The position numbers and the translations under genes were made by a program. Shown here one piece after another: positions 1-12,100 of a stretch of 64,000 nucleotides of DNA (within the stretch, counting starts at the first letter, position 1; the number at the start of each line of letters is the position of its first letter). Under the pieces are notes generated by a model that made no database searches, was not told where the DNA came from, and saw nothing but the letters and a program-made list of their open reading frames with translations. The stretch comes from Lama glama (taxonomy: Eukaryota), in assembly GCA_028534125.1 (NCBI GenBank), contig CM052818.1:45262001-45326000 (forward strand), written 5' to 3'.

Positions 1-720
1 ATGATATCTATTAATAAATATACCATATTAATATCAAAGAAAGAAACAACCAACTTGTTACATGCCACAAAATGAATTTGAAAAAGATTACGGTACTTAT
101 TCCTGATAAACTTTTAGTAAAACAGAAACAGATACTTCCTTAGCATGATAATATATTTCAAAACAAGAGCTCAATAATATTTAATGGTAAAACACTAAAA
201 TTATCCAAATTAAAGGCAGAAACAAGAATAAGATATCCACTACCATCACTGACAAATTAAACATTTTTCTGGAATACTAGCCTCTGCAATTAAGCAAGAG
301 AAAGAAATGAGAGAACGGGGGGAAAATTATCATTTACAGACAATATGATCACATGGCTAAAAACCTTACAGATTAAACTGAAAAATCATTAGAAACAATA
401 AGGAATTTCACAAGTTAGCAGGTCATGGAGTCAATGCATGAAAATCTCCATTTACAAACAATAACTATTTAGAGAAAAAAATCTCATTTACAATAGCAAC
501 AAATAAAAACTGTAACACTTGGGGAAAAAATAAGATATTATGCAGGACCTTTTGAATTAAACATTAAAGCTTTTCCAGGGGAACAAAGAAAAAGAATTAA
601 GTCAATTGAAAGATGAACTCTGCTCATGGAAACACTGAATTTTTTAAGAACGTTAATCTCCACTAATTTTAGTGTAACCCCAAGTGAATTATCAATAGCA
701 TATTTGCAAATCTGTTTGTA
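1..720 (+). mobile_element. Old, degraded L1 (L1M-type) ORF2 reverse-transcriptase region fragment
   Basis: Positions 180-350 follow the L1 ORF2 segment NGEKLKAFPL..TRQGCPLS..KLSLFADDMI (e.g. aaattatcatttacagacaatatgatc), with stops and frameshifts. Confidence 0.8.
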
Positions 721-3700
721 CTCAATAGATTTATCAATATTGGGGCTGGATCATGAATGTAAGAGTGTGTATGTGTGTGTGTTTATTTTTCATTTTGTTT
801 TGTTTCACCAGGGAAGAAACCACAGAAAACTCTAATACTGGTTACCTATGGGGAGAGCAACTGGGGTGAAGGTGGAACTTTCAATTTTTTTTGGTATGTT
901 TTTATACTATTTGATTTTTTTTAAATGTGTAAATATATTACTTTTTTAAAATGTTGACAATAGTGATCTGAACAATGAATAAGGCATAAGTAAGACATAT
1001 TTAAATGTCTGTATTAAAAAATACTATTAAACATCATAAAAAATACCTGGGTGGTGGTGGAGCTGGGATGGTGGGAAGAGGAAAGGGCCCTTTTCTGGTC
1101 AGTTCATATAAAGCCCAGGACCCCAAGTCCTGTTGGGGCTGGTGGGAACCCCTTGGAGGCAGGGTGGGCACAGACAGAGCATTAATGGGTGACTTGGCGA
1201 ATCTGGATCAAGGGTCTGTTTCCCCTCCGCTACCCTCAGCCCACCAAGCTCTTTCTAGGGGCTTCTGTCTGGGCATGTTTCTTCACCTGGAACATGAAGG
1301 AGTTAGGTTAGATCTCTAAGGTCCTGTTCAGCTCGAAAGTTCCAGGATGCTTTCTTCCCTTCATTCATTTAGCTGGTCTTCTGGAGCTGACAGTCTAGCT
1401 GGGCAGGCAGTCATCAGATGATGCCACAAGAAAAGCACAAGGCCACCATGGAGGGCGCCATGAAGGTGGGGGGTGCATTTGGTTTTAGGAGAAGAGGGCC
1501 AGTCGTCAGATCTGAAGGCAGGGAGGTGTGAGGAGAGTCTGGGGAAGCTGAACCGGATGATCAGGCGATAACAGGGGAGAGTAGGGTTTGGGGAAGCCTT
1601 GAAACAGTCATTTCAGAGAGCAGGAGGTCAGAGAACACACACAGTAGGCCTACTAAGTAGCTCAGAGGAGTCTAGAAAGCTCACAGCATAAGCAAGCATT
1701 CAATTGATATTTGTACAAGGCTCCAAGCTGTGTCATACAGACAATCTCAACCTGATAGCCTTGCAGTCACAGAGAAAAGAAGCTTAGATAATTTTTAAAT
1801 ATTATAATTTGCATCTCTTTAGCATGCCCTCAGAAGAACCAACTCCCTAAGATCTGCATCACTAAGCACACATTCACACTCAGACGTGCAACCTTTGATC
1901 AGCCAACCCTCAGTCAACTTCACAGAGCCCCGTGGATGAAGAAAAGCCACCAGTTATTCCACAAGTCAGGTGATGCACTCTGGGGCAGGGGACAGTCACC
2001 AAAGTTCCGTAGAAACCCTTGAGACATCTCTGAAGGCCCAAGTGCCAGTAAAACGCAATGTTTCACCCAGCACCATGAACCAGTCTAAGATAACTGTGCA
2101 GGACTCAAACACTGGAAAAAAAAAAAGGCGCAGGGAGGGTCTTCCAAAGATAAAGTGATTTGTTTTCTCAAATGTTCATGAATTACAGTGTAAATACAGA
2201 GTAAATTACCAAAGACAGGAAGAAGGAATAAATCAAAAAGAAAAGCAAGTCTCCGGTAAGCAAAAGCTGCCTTTCAGCTTCATGGAAAAACACGCTGGCG
2301 CCCTAAGCAAATAAATAATAAAAGGATGTGGAAACAATACACCTTGAAAACTCCTGTCCCTTCTCTGTTCTCCTGCCCAGAAGCAGTGCTGACAGGTTTA
2401 TGCTGCCCAGGTTACATACCCAGCTAGCATTTATTTATCTAATAACACTTACTTACTTTTAACGGAAGCTGATCTCCATATTAGTATATCCCATTATTTT
2501 ACCCTAAGCTCCAGTATTAACCCCTAAACAAAAGTGATCTGACCCCTGGGCTAGATAAATGCTGGCAATAAGAATTTTGGGGTGTTCAGACCACAGCACT
2601 TTTCCTTTCCCCCCAGATAGGGAGGCTCTTGAGATTAGACACCCACAAGGAAAAAATAAAACAACACACAGTAATTTTCATTCTTACCACACCTCGCCCT
2701 GTTTTTGAAAAAAACTCTTTCATTCATACAGGTCCTGTTTCACAATTATAACCTTAACTCGACTTGCTTGCATGTTTTCACATTATTTTTTAAACACAAG
2801 CAACTTGTGCAACCATTAGGTACAGAACAAAACACTAACGTTTACTGAAACAAACAAACAAACAAAAAAGGAAAGTGGAAGTAACAATAATCCAGGGTCA
2901 CAGAATTTTAGAGCTAGAGGGGGCTTTGGCGCACAAAAAAGAGGAGAAGGACTTGTACTAGGGAAGAAAATTGGTAGCAAAGAAAGGTCTAGAAAGGTCT
3001 AGAAAGATAAAAATGCTGACCAGCTGTCATTTCTGCAGCAGGGCTGAGAACAATTCACACTTTTTCTTCTTTTTGAACAATTCACACTCCCTAAGCCAAA
3101 ACTGCTGTACCTCACTGCACAGTCTCATGCTGTGGTTTGTCAGGACTGCCAAGAAAACAAAGCAATCACCAGCCTAGGGCAGTGGGCTGGCCTCTGTGGT
3201 ATCTGTCAGACCCACCTTCCCACGGGACAGAGCAGCCTAAGAATGGAGCTGATATTTAGGGATCAAGCCACTTTTTCTTAGATGCTAGTTTTTCCTAGAA
3301 CATGTCCTGGGATTTGATCATTCTTGATTCAACAAGATTCGCCTTTATTCTTCCCTGAAAGCACAGAAATGATCACTATTATCCCATTTTACAGATGACA
3401 AAGCCAAAGTTGAGTTTTCTTTCTCAAAGCCTGTGAGATGAGAACTGGTTGGTGATTAGGGCTGCCTTTATACGGTTAGTCCAACATCCCACATATAGCA
3501 AAAGGTTACTAACAAAGGATTCTTTCTATTCTTAAGTGATGGGTGGCGGAACAGCAACCGGGAAACAGAAAATGTAATTTCTAGCCTGTGGCACCAAGAT
3601 GCAGATAAGAAACCGTGATGTATGATCACTGGAACTCCTAATTATACATTTTCCATGAAAATGCACCAGAAAGGCAGTAATCATCATTTCACTGAGAAAG

Positions 3701-3929
3701 TAAAAAGCGTGTGTCTAAAGGCCTTGAAAATCTGAAACCCTCCATAGAGGCTCAAGCAGTCAAACCCCAGTCTCTCTGGTCATGCAGATCGGTCGGTGTA
3801 TGATCTGGCCCTCGAAGACTCTTTCCTCATCTGTCCCATCTGCATTTTTCTTAAAACCAAGTTAAGACACTTGTTCAACGACAGAGTTTCATCTTCACCA
3901 AAATGAGGAATTATTATTACTTAAAACCT

Positions 3930-5545
3930 ACCTAAAAGATAAATTATGGAAAATACAGTGGACAAGTGGACAAGTTCATAGTGAGATCAAAAGAACACAA
4001 TATGAAGGGAAAAGCAAGCTACCAAATATGCATAACAGGATGTCACCTTTATTAGTATATGTATGCACAAATAATACTGATGTTTAGGAAAAAATTGGAG
4101 GTATACACTGCAAATATAACAAAACAGTGATTATCTCCAGACGGCATGTTTATGAGTGATTTACACTTTCCTTTTTATGCTTTTCTATGATCTGTAAATA
4201 TATTCTTATGATTATGTACCAGATTTATAATAATTTTTCCAAGTAAATAATTTTAAGACTCTAAAATATCCTCAAACAATTTTGGTGAGAGTGTGCATAG
4301 AAATAACATCTCTGAGGGTCATGTGGACATATCTGTAAACGTTTAACGCAAACACTTCTTGACACAGCATTTCAACTTTTAATTATCCTACTCCTATAAA
4401 CTAGGAAAACGGACCGTCATTACAGAATTGCTTATAAAAGCAAAAGGCTGGAAAACTTAAATGCCCATCAATAGGAAGTTACAAATAAATTAGATGCCAT
4501 TTATTCAGGGTAATGCAGCCAGTTCAAAAAAAAATGCAATTAGGAACTTAAGCCACTCTTTAATTAACCCTACTGCTAGCAGTATTGTTTTGAAAAAGAT
4601 GCCAGTCCTTATGTGGTAGACTAAAATAAGAAGCCCGTTTTGAATGTAAAGGTCTGTATTGATACAGTAACTTTATACAATTGGTGAGGGGGTGTGAAAA
4701 TTAACTTCTCGTAAGGGCCAAAACTAGAAATGTTTTCAAATAACTTTAGTAAAAATAATTTGGCCACATATGAAGGTAATTGTTCTTGTTCAGTTAGGTA
4801 TCTTTTTAATAACCGGAGACCTAAAAATTGCAAAATAATCATGGGGGGGTCTAAATTATGTTCTTGTTATTTTATTACATGTGTTCATATTAATTATGAA
4901 AGGTTATTTTTCACTTAGTACTGTTGTCCTTAGAAATCTTACCCAGAAAAACGTTGGCAAAAACAAACTTGCCTTTTTTGGATCTTTCATTTATTCTTGG
5001 TGGTCGACATTCGTTAAGGAAAAGTTTTTTAACATACCCACCTTGGGTAGGGGCGGGGAGGATTTGAAATGAGATGATGTTTACTGAAGGAAACGACTGA
5101 AAATTAAATCTGCAATTTATGAAAATTAACACTAACATCTTTTTCTCCCTCATTTTTTGTATTACTATATAAGCTAATGGTCAAAGTTGTTAAAATTGGA
5201 AATTTATGACACAAAAATAAAATGGAAATATTTTGATAAAAAATTTTTAAAAAATTTTACATTAAAAAATGCAATTAGGGACTGACATGTAACTATCTCT
5301 AAGATATGTGATTAGGGGCAGACTGTATGCTCTCATTTGTATAAAATTGTTTTTAAGAATATCTTTAGGTTTCTTTGTACATGTACAGGCTATCTCTGGA
5401 AGGCTCCTAAAAATTATAAGAACATTGTCTCAGAAGAGGGGAAATGAGGAAATAGGATGTAGGAAAACTGTTTTCACCAGTGAGCCTTCCTTTAGTACTT
5501 TGAATTTTTTACTATGTGCCTATGTTACTACAAAAACAAAATCAA
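3930..5545 (+). mobile_element. Old L1ME-like 3' region fragments, interrupted by the insert at 4545-5263
   Basis: Typical L1ME phrases (aaatgcccatcaatagg; tgcagcc..aaaaatg|actgacatg..ctaagatat; tttgaattttttactatgtgc) continue across the insert. Boundaries approximate. Confidence 0.65.
4545..5263 (+). pseudogene. Retroposed mRNA 3'-end fragment (5'-truncated retrocopy or orphan transduction); parent locus not identified
   Basis: Perfect 16-bp direct repeat aaaaaatgcaattagg at 4529-4544 and 5264-5279. AATAAA at 5216-5221, decayed A-tail from 5238. Body is AU-rich and matches no repeat I recognise. Confidence 0.7.
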
Positions 5546-5860
5546 ACAGAAAAGTTGAAAAGCCTTGGTGAAAAACTGCACCATTTTTCTAAGTGTTTCA
5601 GTAAGTTATGCCATGATCCTCTTCATTTTGAAGGCAGCCCCCTAAAAAAATGCTGCCTCCGCAAATAACAAAACTATACACGGGACCCCGTGTGCTGCTG
5701 TAGCCCACCCAGCACCCCTCACCCAGACCTTCTCTGGCTCTTCCTGTGACTTCTAGGACCGGGTTTAGACGCGTGTGGGCTCAGTCAAAGCAAGAGCACT
5801 GTGTCCTCTGACAACAATGTCAAATTCCCACTTGTATGTAGTAAATAAGAAATATTTTAC

Positions 5861-5928
5861 CTTTCAGCAAAGGTATCCAGTTTCCCCAACTCATCAGAGA
5901 GGCCAACAAGGGAATCTAAGGTCCCCAC
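5861..5928 (-). CDS. ATP6V1C2: ATP6V1C2 exon 3 (68 nt; VGTLDSLVGLSDELGKLDTFAE+S)
   Basis: Reverse complement translates to the recalled ATP6V1C2 peptide. Acceptor ..ctttctAG (5929-5930), donor GTaaaa (5859-5860), in frame with the previous exon. Confidence 0.96.
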
Positions 5929-7722
5929 CTAGAAAGATGGGAAAGAAGTTAGAGACTGACGCTTTGTAGTGGGGGTGGGGGGTGGGGGGTGCACCCTTTC
6001 AACAACAGTGCAGAGAATTCTGTAACTTCCATCTTGACTGAGTTGTCCTTAATCAGTGGTCAAACTGGAAATTGAGAAGAGCTCTCAAGGGAAATCAGTG
6101 GATTTTGGATTATTATTATTACTATTATTATTATTTTGGCCAACAGGATGAACTGTCATTTTCTCTGTCATAGGAAGGAGTCACTATGTGTTGTGGTTGG
6201 CTCTCAGCTTATTTACCTCTCAGAATTGCAGTCTACTCTTCAGGGGATTAATCCTCACAGTCAAGGAAGAGATGTACCAGAAAGCAAGTTAAAAGGAAGT
6301 TACTATGTCTGAAAGCCCTTCTTCTCCAAGGTAGTCCAGCCAACCCCTCCCTGTTCTTTTTTTCTATTATTAACAATGATCTTGCTGGGGCCGGGGGCAG
6401 ATTTTCCTCCCACTCCCATTCGTGAAAGACCTTTTTTTGTCAGATTACTTATAGTGATCTGTTTCTTATTGAGGAAATTATTCCAGTGTCCAAAATTGTA
6501 TTTGAAGGTCTACTCACAGAATCAGAAGGAGAAAAGTTTGTTATCATGTTATCAACCACCAATCAGACATTGAAAAGTAATTAAGAAAGTGTGAATCCTG
6601 AATAGCTCTAGTAAGTGAAGTTGTTTCTTTTCAAGCAACTTGATTTTAAGCAACTTTGGGTAGAAGTCAGGTCTTTTTTTCGTCTTTGTTCCCTCCAGTC
6701 TAGCACAGTGCCTCGCACACAGTAAGCAAAGAGTGGATGCTTTAACTTACTAAGCCTTCACAGTGTCTGACTCTGGACAAACAGTGGCAGGTTTGAAAGG
6801 TCAGCAAGATATGGGTTCAGATCCCAGTGCTGCCACTTACCAGCTCTACAGCCCTGGTCTCCTTTCTCAGTCCATCCTCGCCTATAATGAGGGATTGTGT
6901 AGATCTGAGACCATGCACTTGAAGGGCCTGGACCCCAGCAAACCGCTTCATAAACACTAGCAAATGTAGTAGCATCATCAACTATGACAGCTGACACTGC
7001 AGTTCTTTTGCCAGAGGGGCAAGCTGAGGTTTGAAAGAGGATTATATAGTATTTGCTAGAAAAGCCGCCTCTGGGCAATTAGCACATTGCTCCAGAACCC
7101 AGGATGAATTTACACAGTAAAGGCAGAAAGACTGCCTTAGGCTTCTCGCCCTCGAGGAAGCACCACTCATTCTGAAGTAAGAAGACTGTACTTATCCTGC
7201 TCTTCCTTCATGCTTGTTTCATTTTCAAATCTTTCTACTATCTTCCCAGTTACCCCTAAATCTCCTTCCCTTCCATCAGAACCAGAGGGATCCTGGATTT
7301 CCTGCCCTGTTCCCAGTTCAAGAGCACCATCAAGACTGAACCTCTCCAAGCCTACACATCTGTGAAGCCTCCAAGCCATGTTGTTAGTCTACTCAGATGC
7401 TGAAGACAAAACAGGAAGAATCCAAGAACAATTCATGAGGACCCAAGTGTCTAAGACACACTCTTTCCACTTTTTGAAGACACTGCAGACCACCCTCTTC
7501 TTTCCCTCTCATTCTGCCCTGTGGTTCTAAGTCCATAGGCACCAGAGTTAATTTGGGGCTATTCGTGAAGTCCCATACAGACACTGACTCCTCCGACCTT
7601 CCTCACCCCAAGGCGTATCCTCAGTGAGGATGCCTTTGCCCTGTGGTTTTCTCCTTGGCTTCCCAGAAGACATGCACCCCACCCTAGCCCATCACCTCCT
7701 TCCTCCTCCCCAGAAATTTTAC

Positions 7723-7851
7723 CTTGAAGTCAGGAATCGTGAATTTGGTGTTATAAGACAGGTTGGACTTGGAGGTTACTGTATTCATCCTCTCTAGTGC
7801 TTGTAAATTTTCCTTATCTCCAGGGGCAGAAATTAACCAAAACTCCGACAT
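7723..7851 (-). CDS. ATP6V1C2: ATP6V1C2 first coding exon (129 nt; [43 protein letters not shown]); exon 5' boundary at 7877, giving 26 nt of 5'UTR
   Basis: N-terminus of V-ATPase subunit C2. ATG at 7851-7849 in aacATG context, donor AAG|GTaaaa at 7723/7722, acceptor ggtcAG at 7878-7879. Confidence 0.97.
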
Positions 7852-8909
7852 GTTTCCAGTCTTCTTTTATCCAGTTACTGACCAGAACCACAGCAACATA
7901 CACAAACAGAAACAGGAGGAGAGAAGTGTCAAATATCTCCAGCTCTTCACCACTCCCTTCCCTCACAATTAATCCTCTCCACTTTTCCCATTTGTTCCCC
8001 TTTGACCTTCCAGGTCAGTTTCTATAGTTCCAAGGACGCGACTTGCCCAAAGCAATGTGCAGATCTTCACTGTCTAATCTCCACTTAGAAAGCCCTCAGG
8101 TCTTCGCAGACTCCCAGATCCTCCTTCCTTGGGTGGTTCTGACTAGTTTTAAAGAAAGGAGGAGGAAGGCTGAGTGTGATTCCTGTTCCACTGACTCAGG
8201 CAAGGAGGTAGTCCCACAACAGGCAGTCCGGGCAAACCCCAGATCTTAACGGACTGACCCTGAGATTGGTACTAGCTTTTAAAACTCTATATAAAATAAG
8301 GAGGGAGGGGGGAGCTCCTAAAGTCGTTTTTCCACTAGACTACGTGTCTGCTCTGCAGCGGTGAATAACTTGCCGGGCCTAGCTGGTAGTTTCTGTCCAG
8401 CGTCTGCGCCTCCGAAGTGCATTAGTTCTGCTCATTCACACGTGTACGCACGTGTACGCACCCACACCTTTCTCCCCTAGGCCTGTTTCTCCCTTCCATC
8501 GCTTCTCAAAGCGTCTCCGATGGCTATGGAAAAAACGGGATGATAGCCAGAGACCCATCGGCGAGCTTCTCTTGCGGACCCAGTCTCACTCCACTCCAAG
8601 ACAATCTTAGTCCCTTCTAATCCCGCACACAGCGAACACATTTCCTTTCGGTCTTGACTGCTGTTGGTCTGGGGACAAACTGGCCCTGCGCAGAACCTGG
8701 GGAGATGCCACCTGCCCGGCCCCTGGGAGGGCGCAGCAGAGGCGCCGGTGCCCTGGCTCCCAAGAAGAAAGCGCGGCTCTGGACGGTGTCGGTGGGCCGA
8801 GGCCAAGAGGGGACCGAGGGGACGCAGGCGACTCGCGCCGGTCCCCTGAACGCGACGCAGGCCCTCTCCCCACGTCGCATCGGGTCCCCGATCCGCCGCG
8901 CGTCCTTAC

Positions 8910-8990
8910 CGGGAGCCCGCGGGCCGCGCGGGCGGACAGCGGGCGGGCGCGGGGCCGGAGCGCACGGCCGGCTCCGGGGAGGCAGCGGCT
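8910..8990 (-). other. ATP6V1C2: Probable non-coding exon 1 of ATP6V1C2 (5' end approximate)
   Basis: Donor CCG|GTAAGG at 8910/8909 within the CpG island. TATA-like GATAAAAG at 9021-9014 lies about 25-30 nt upstream of the inferred start. No ATG in the exon. Confidence 0.7.
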
Positions 8991-9085
8991 GCGGCGCGAC
9001 GCCCCGCCCTGAGCTTTTATCCCAGCGGGAGGCGTCCCCGCCCGGCGGTATTTGCCCCGCCTCCCGCCGCCGCCGGGCCGGGGGC

Positions 9086-9123
9086 GCCCGCCTGCCCGCC
9101 TGCCCGCCTGCCCGCCTGCCCGC
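9086..9123. repeat. 8-bp tandem repeat (GCCCGCCT) x ~4.5
   Basis: Read directly: gcccgcctgcccgcctgcccgcctgcccgcctgcccgc. Confidence 0.95.
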
Positions 9124-12100
9124 TGCCGCCACCGCGCCGCGTGAGAGGGCGGCGGGCCCGGCCCTTCGGGTCTCGGCCGAGATCCCCGATCCCCGACCGG
9201 CGGGGCTGGGTCCTGGCGGCATTCTGGGGAGGATCGGACGGGGTCCCCAACTCCACGACGTAGCAGAGCGGACGACCGAGGGAAGCAGGCAAGGTAAAGC
9301 GCTCCAGGCCGGGAAACGCACCCTCGGCTGCCGCCGCCTCGCGCCTCTCCACCCCCACCCCATCCCCGGACAGTGACAGAGGACGGGGTCTCGAGGAGAA
9401 TTACCGAGAGACAGGACTCACCTGTGGAGAGCGACGCAACAGGGTCACATATGTTTTGGACATACACCTGGGCAGAGAAACATAGCTTCCTGTCGATGTG
9501 GGCGTGAGCGTGGTCTCGGTTGCCAAAGAAACTCTCCACTGCCCGACGCGCCCACCTCACCATCTAAATCGCCCCGTAGACAGGAGAGATTTAAAACTTA
9601 CGGTCTAGCACCATGAGTTCATGATCTGCGCTCTTTGAAAGAGAGGGAACCCCTAGAAATTAACGTGTGAGTGTTAATAATAATAATAACTCTGAGAATT
9701 CCTTTCCTCTGGAGTCAAGGAGGAAACTTTAGTGCATCCTTCTTCGTGGACAATATTTTCAGTGGTTTCTGGGAAAGATAAAAATCTCAGAATTCTTCTT
9801 GGGGGGCGGGGGTGGGGTTGAAGATTTGGTTGCTTCCCTTGAGAATGGTCTCCCCCTTACTCTATAACACTAGCCAGACTGGCAACCTAGTGTTAGGAAT
9901 GCTTTTAGAGCTTTGGAAAGAGATGTAAGGTGTAGCTGCATATGCTGGGATGAGAAGCCACAGGTGCAGGACAGAAAGATGACTTTTAAGGTCACAGCAG
10001 GATCACACTGCAATCCTATTGTGGATTTGGGATTGGCAGCTTGGAACTCCTAGCACCTGCACTCTGCATCACCGTGATTGGGACACTTGGGTACATTAGT
10101 CAGTCCTTGCAACACTTTCCTGAGGGAGGACACCTGAAACCGAGGGATGAGGAAATCCAGTGCGTACAGGAAGGTTAAGTGGCAATTCCAGGGAAGGAGT
10201 GGCCTGGTTGGACATTGTTGTGTGGTCTCCGATTCTGGACTTTATGTGGTAATGCCATTCTTTCATCAGGGAAAACATAATCTCGAGCTGAGAGCAGACC
10301 TCATTTGCCACGAAGAGTAGTGATGCCCACAGATGCTGCTTGAATTGCCAGGTGCCACACAACTGATAAATGGCAGAGCTATGAGTGGAACTGAGGTCTC
10401 TGATCCAAGTCCTGGGTCCTTCCCACTGCTCCCAGCAAGGCTACAAGCCTGGGTCCTGGCTCTGGGAGAGAAGTCCTGCTTCCCACTTCAGCCCACGTTT
10501 CTGTAGCCTTCCACGTTTAGAACCAGTGCCCTGGGTTCTCAGAGACTGGGCAACCCATTTAGAAGTGTCCCCAGCTATGCTTACAACCTTCTTCTTTCTA
10601 TAAATATGGTTTCCTTACACAAGCTTGTTTCACGAAATAAGATTCAGACACAAAATAACACCCGGACATCTGATTAAGAAAAGAATAAGAACTGTAGTGT
10701 TCCTTGTCTTACTCAAAATCTACAATCTTTCTGGTCTTTCACATCTTACGTTTCTGGTTAACTATTGGAATTTACAATTCTTGATATCTACTGCTTTAGG
10801 GGTTGCTTGGTTTTTCTTAAAATAACCTTTTTACCTCCCCACTTGTTAAGGTATTTCTCTGGTTATTGCAAAGAATTTGGAGAACATAGAAAAGTACAAA
10901 GAAGAAAGTAAAAAATCACCTATATTTCCATGGTCTGAAAATAACCACTAACATTCAATTTCTCCTTGTTATTGTTTCATGTATATTCATATATATGGGC
11001 TTTCTGGCATGACTGAGATTATATATTCTGTTTAAACTTTGGCATCCTGCTATGGATTGCTTTTTAAAGATAAAAAAATTATCAAATCTATCTTATCAGT
11101 TAAGGATAACCCTATGTCATCAGCAGTTTACCACAGCTCAGAATTTGAGTCAAATCTATTTGATTTCAAAAGCAAATAAAGAGATCTTGTCGGTCAACTT
11201 ACATCTTGAAGAAAGAGAGAGAGGAGAGAGAGAGAAACACCACTAACTTGCCCGGGGTGGGGGGGGGGTTGATGTGCAGTTTTCAAAGCGATTATATGTA
11301 CTTACCAGTTTTGAACTAATTTGTATTCTGCTCTCAAGTTTCCCTGTAAACTGAGCTCAATCTTTAACACAGAGAAACAGGGAGACATCAACCAAAGGTT
11401 GTGGAGCCCGATCCTTAGGGATGTTAGGAGGAAGTAAAACAGCGTTCCTACCCTTTATGGAAGAAAAACGGTTCTCTTGCTTATATCAGCCTGAAGCAAT
11501 GCTGCACAGCCCATATTCAGTTTCTCCGACCACCCCCCACACTCCCAAAGGCTCTGAAATCTGCAGCTAAAGGACTACATGTTTAAGTGCCTTGACCATC
11601 ACTTTTAGAATAACCCCAGGTTATGAAAAAAAGTTCACAGACACAATCTTGAAAGAACCTAGGTCATAAAGAATGCCACCTCTTCCTCCGAATAAAGGCT
11701 GGGGAGGAAATGCCATCAGCCATGAATAATTTCTAGCTTGCTATTAATTTGGCTTTGGCTAGATATTCCAGAAATATTTCTGCCGCTAGCACTGGTTCTG
11801 CATTGAGCCAGCTGAAGTCTGTGCAGGATGGAACAGTCCCATCAGGTTTGGGAACCAGAAGGACAAGGCTGGCCTAGTTGGTCTGTTGTCCACTGGCCCC
11901 TCCCAGATGGCACCCTCTTGGACCTCTTTAGTACATCATGGAGACAGCCCTTTCAAAGATGCTCTTTCCAAATTAGCGCAGACACATAATTCCACCTACA
12001 GTCGGCTCAGGTGGATTTTTCTAGGCTTTGCTGAGAAGTTTTTCTATGGGGACAGCTCTCTAGTGGAGCAAAATGTAAGCCGAGTTGTCCCTGAGTGTCA

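Larger units (their letters stand above)
8500..9550 (-). promoter_or_regulatory. CpG-island promoter of ATP6V1C2
   Basis: Very high GC and CpG density. GC boxes (gccccgccc 9001-9009, gccccgcctcc near 9054), TATA-like element, (CCTGCCCG)n repeat. Confidence 0.9.

Noticed and set aside
8477..9563. Long overlapping ORFs (318, 248, 240 aa) on both strands
   Set aside because: Arg/Gly/Pro/Ala-rich, low-complexity translations caused by stop-codon scarcity in a CpG island; the real coding start is at 7851.
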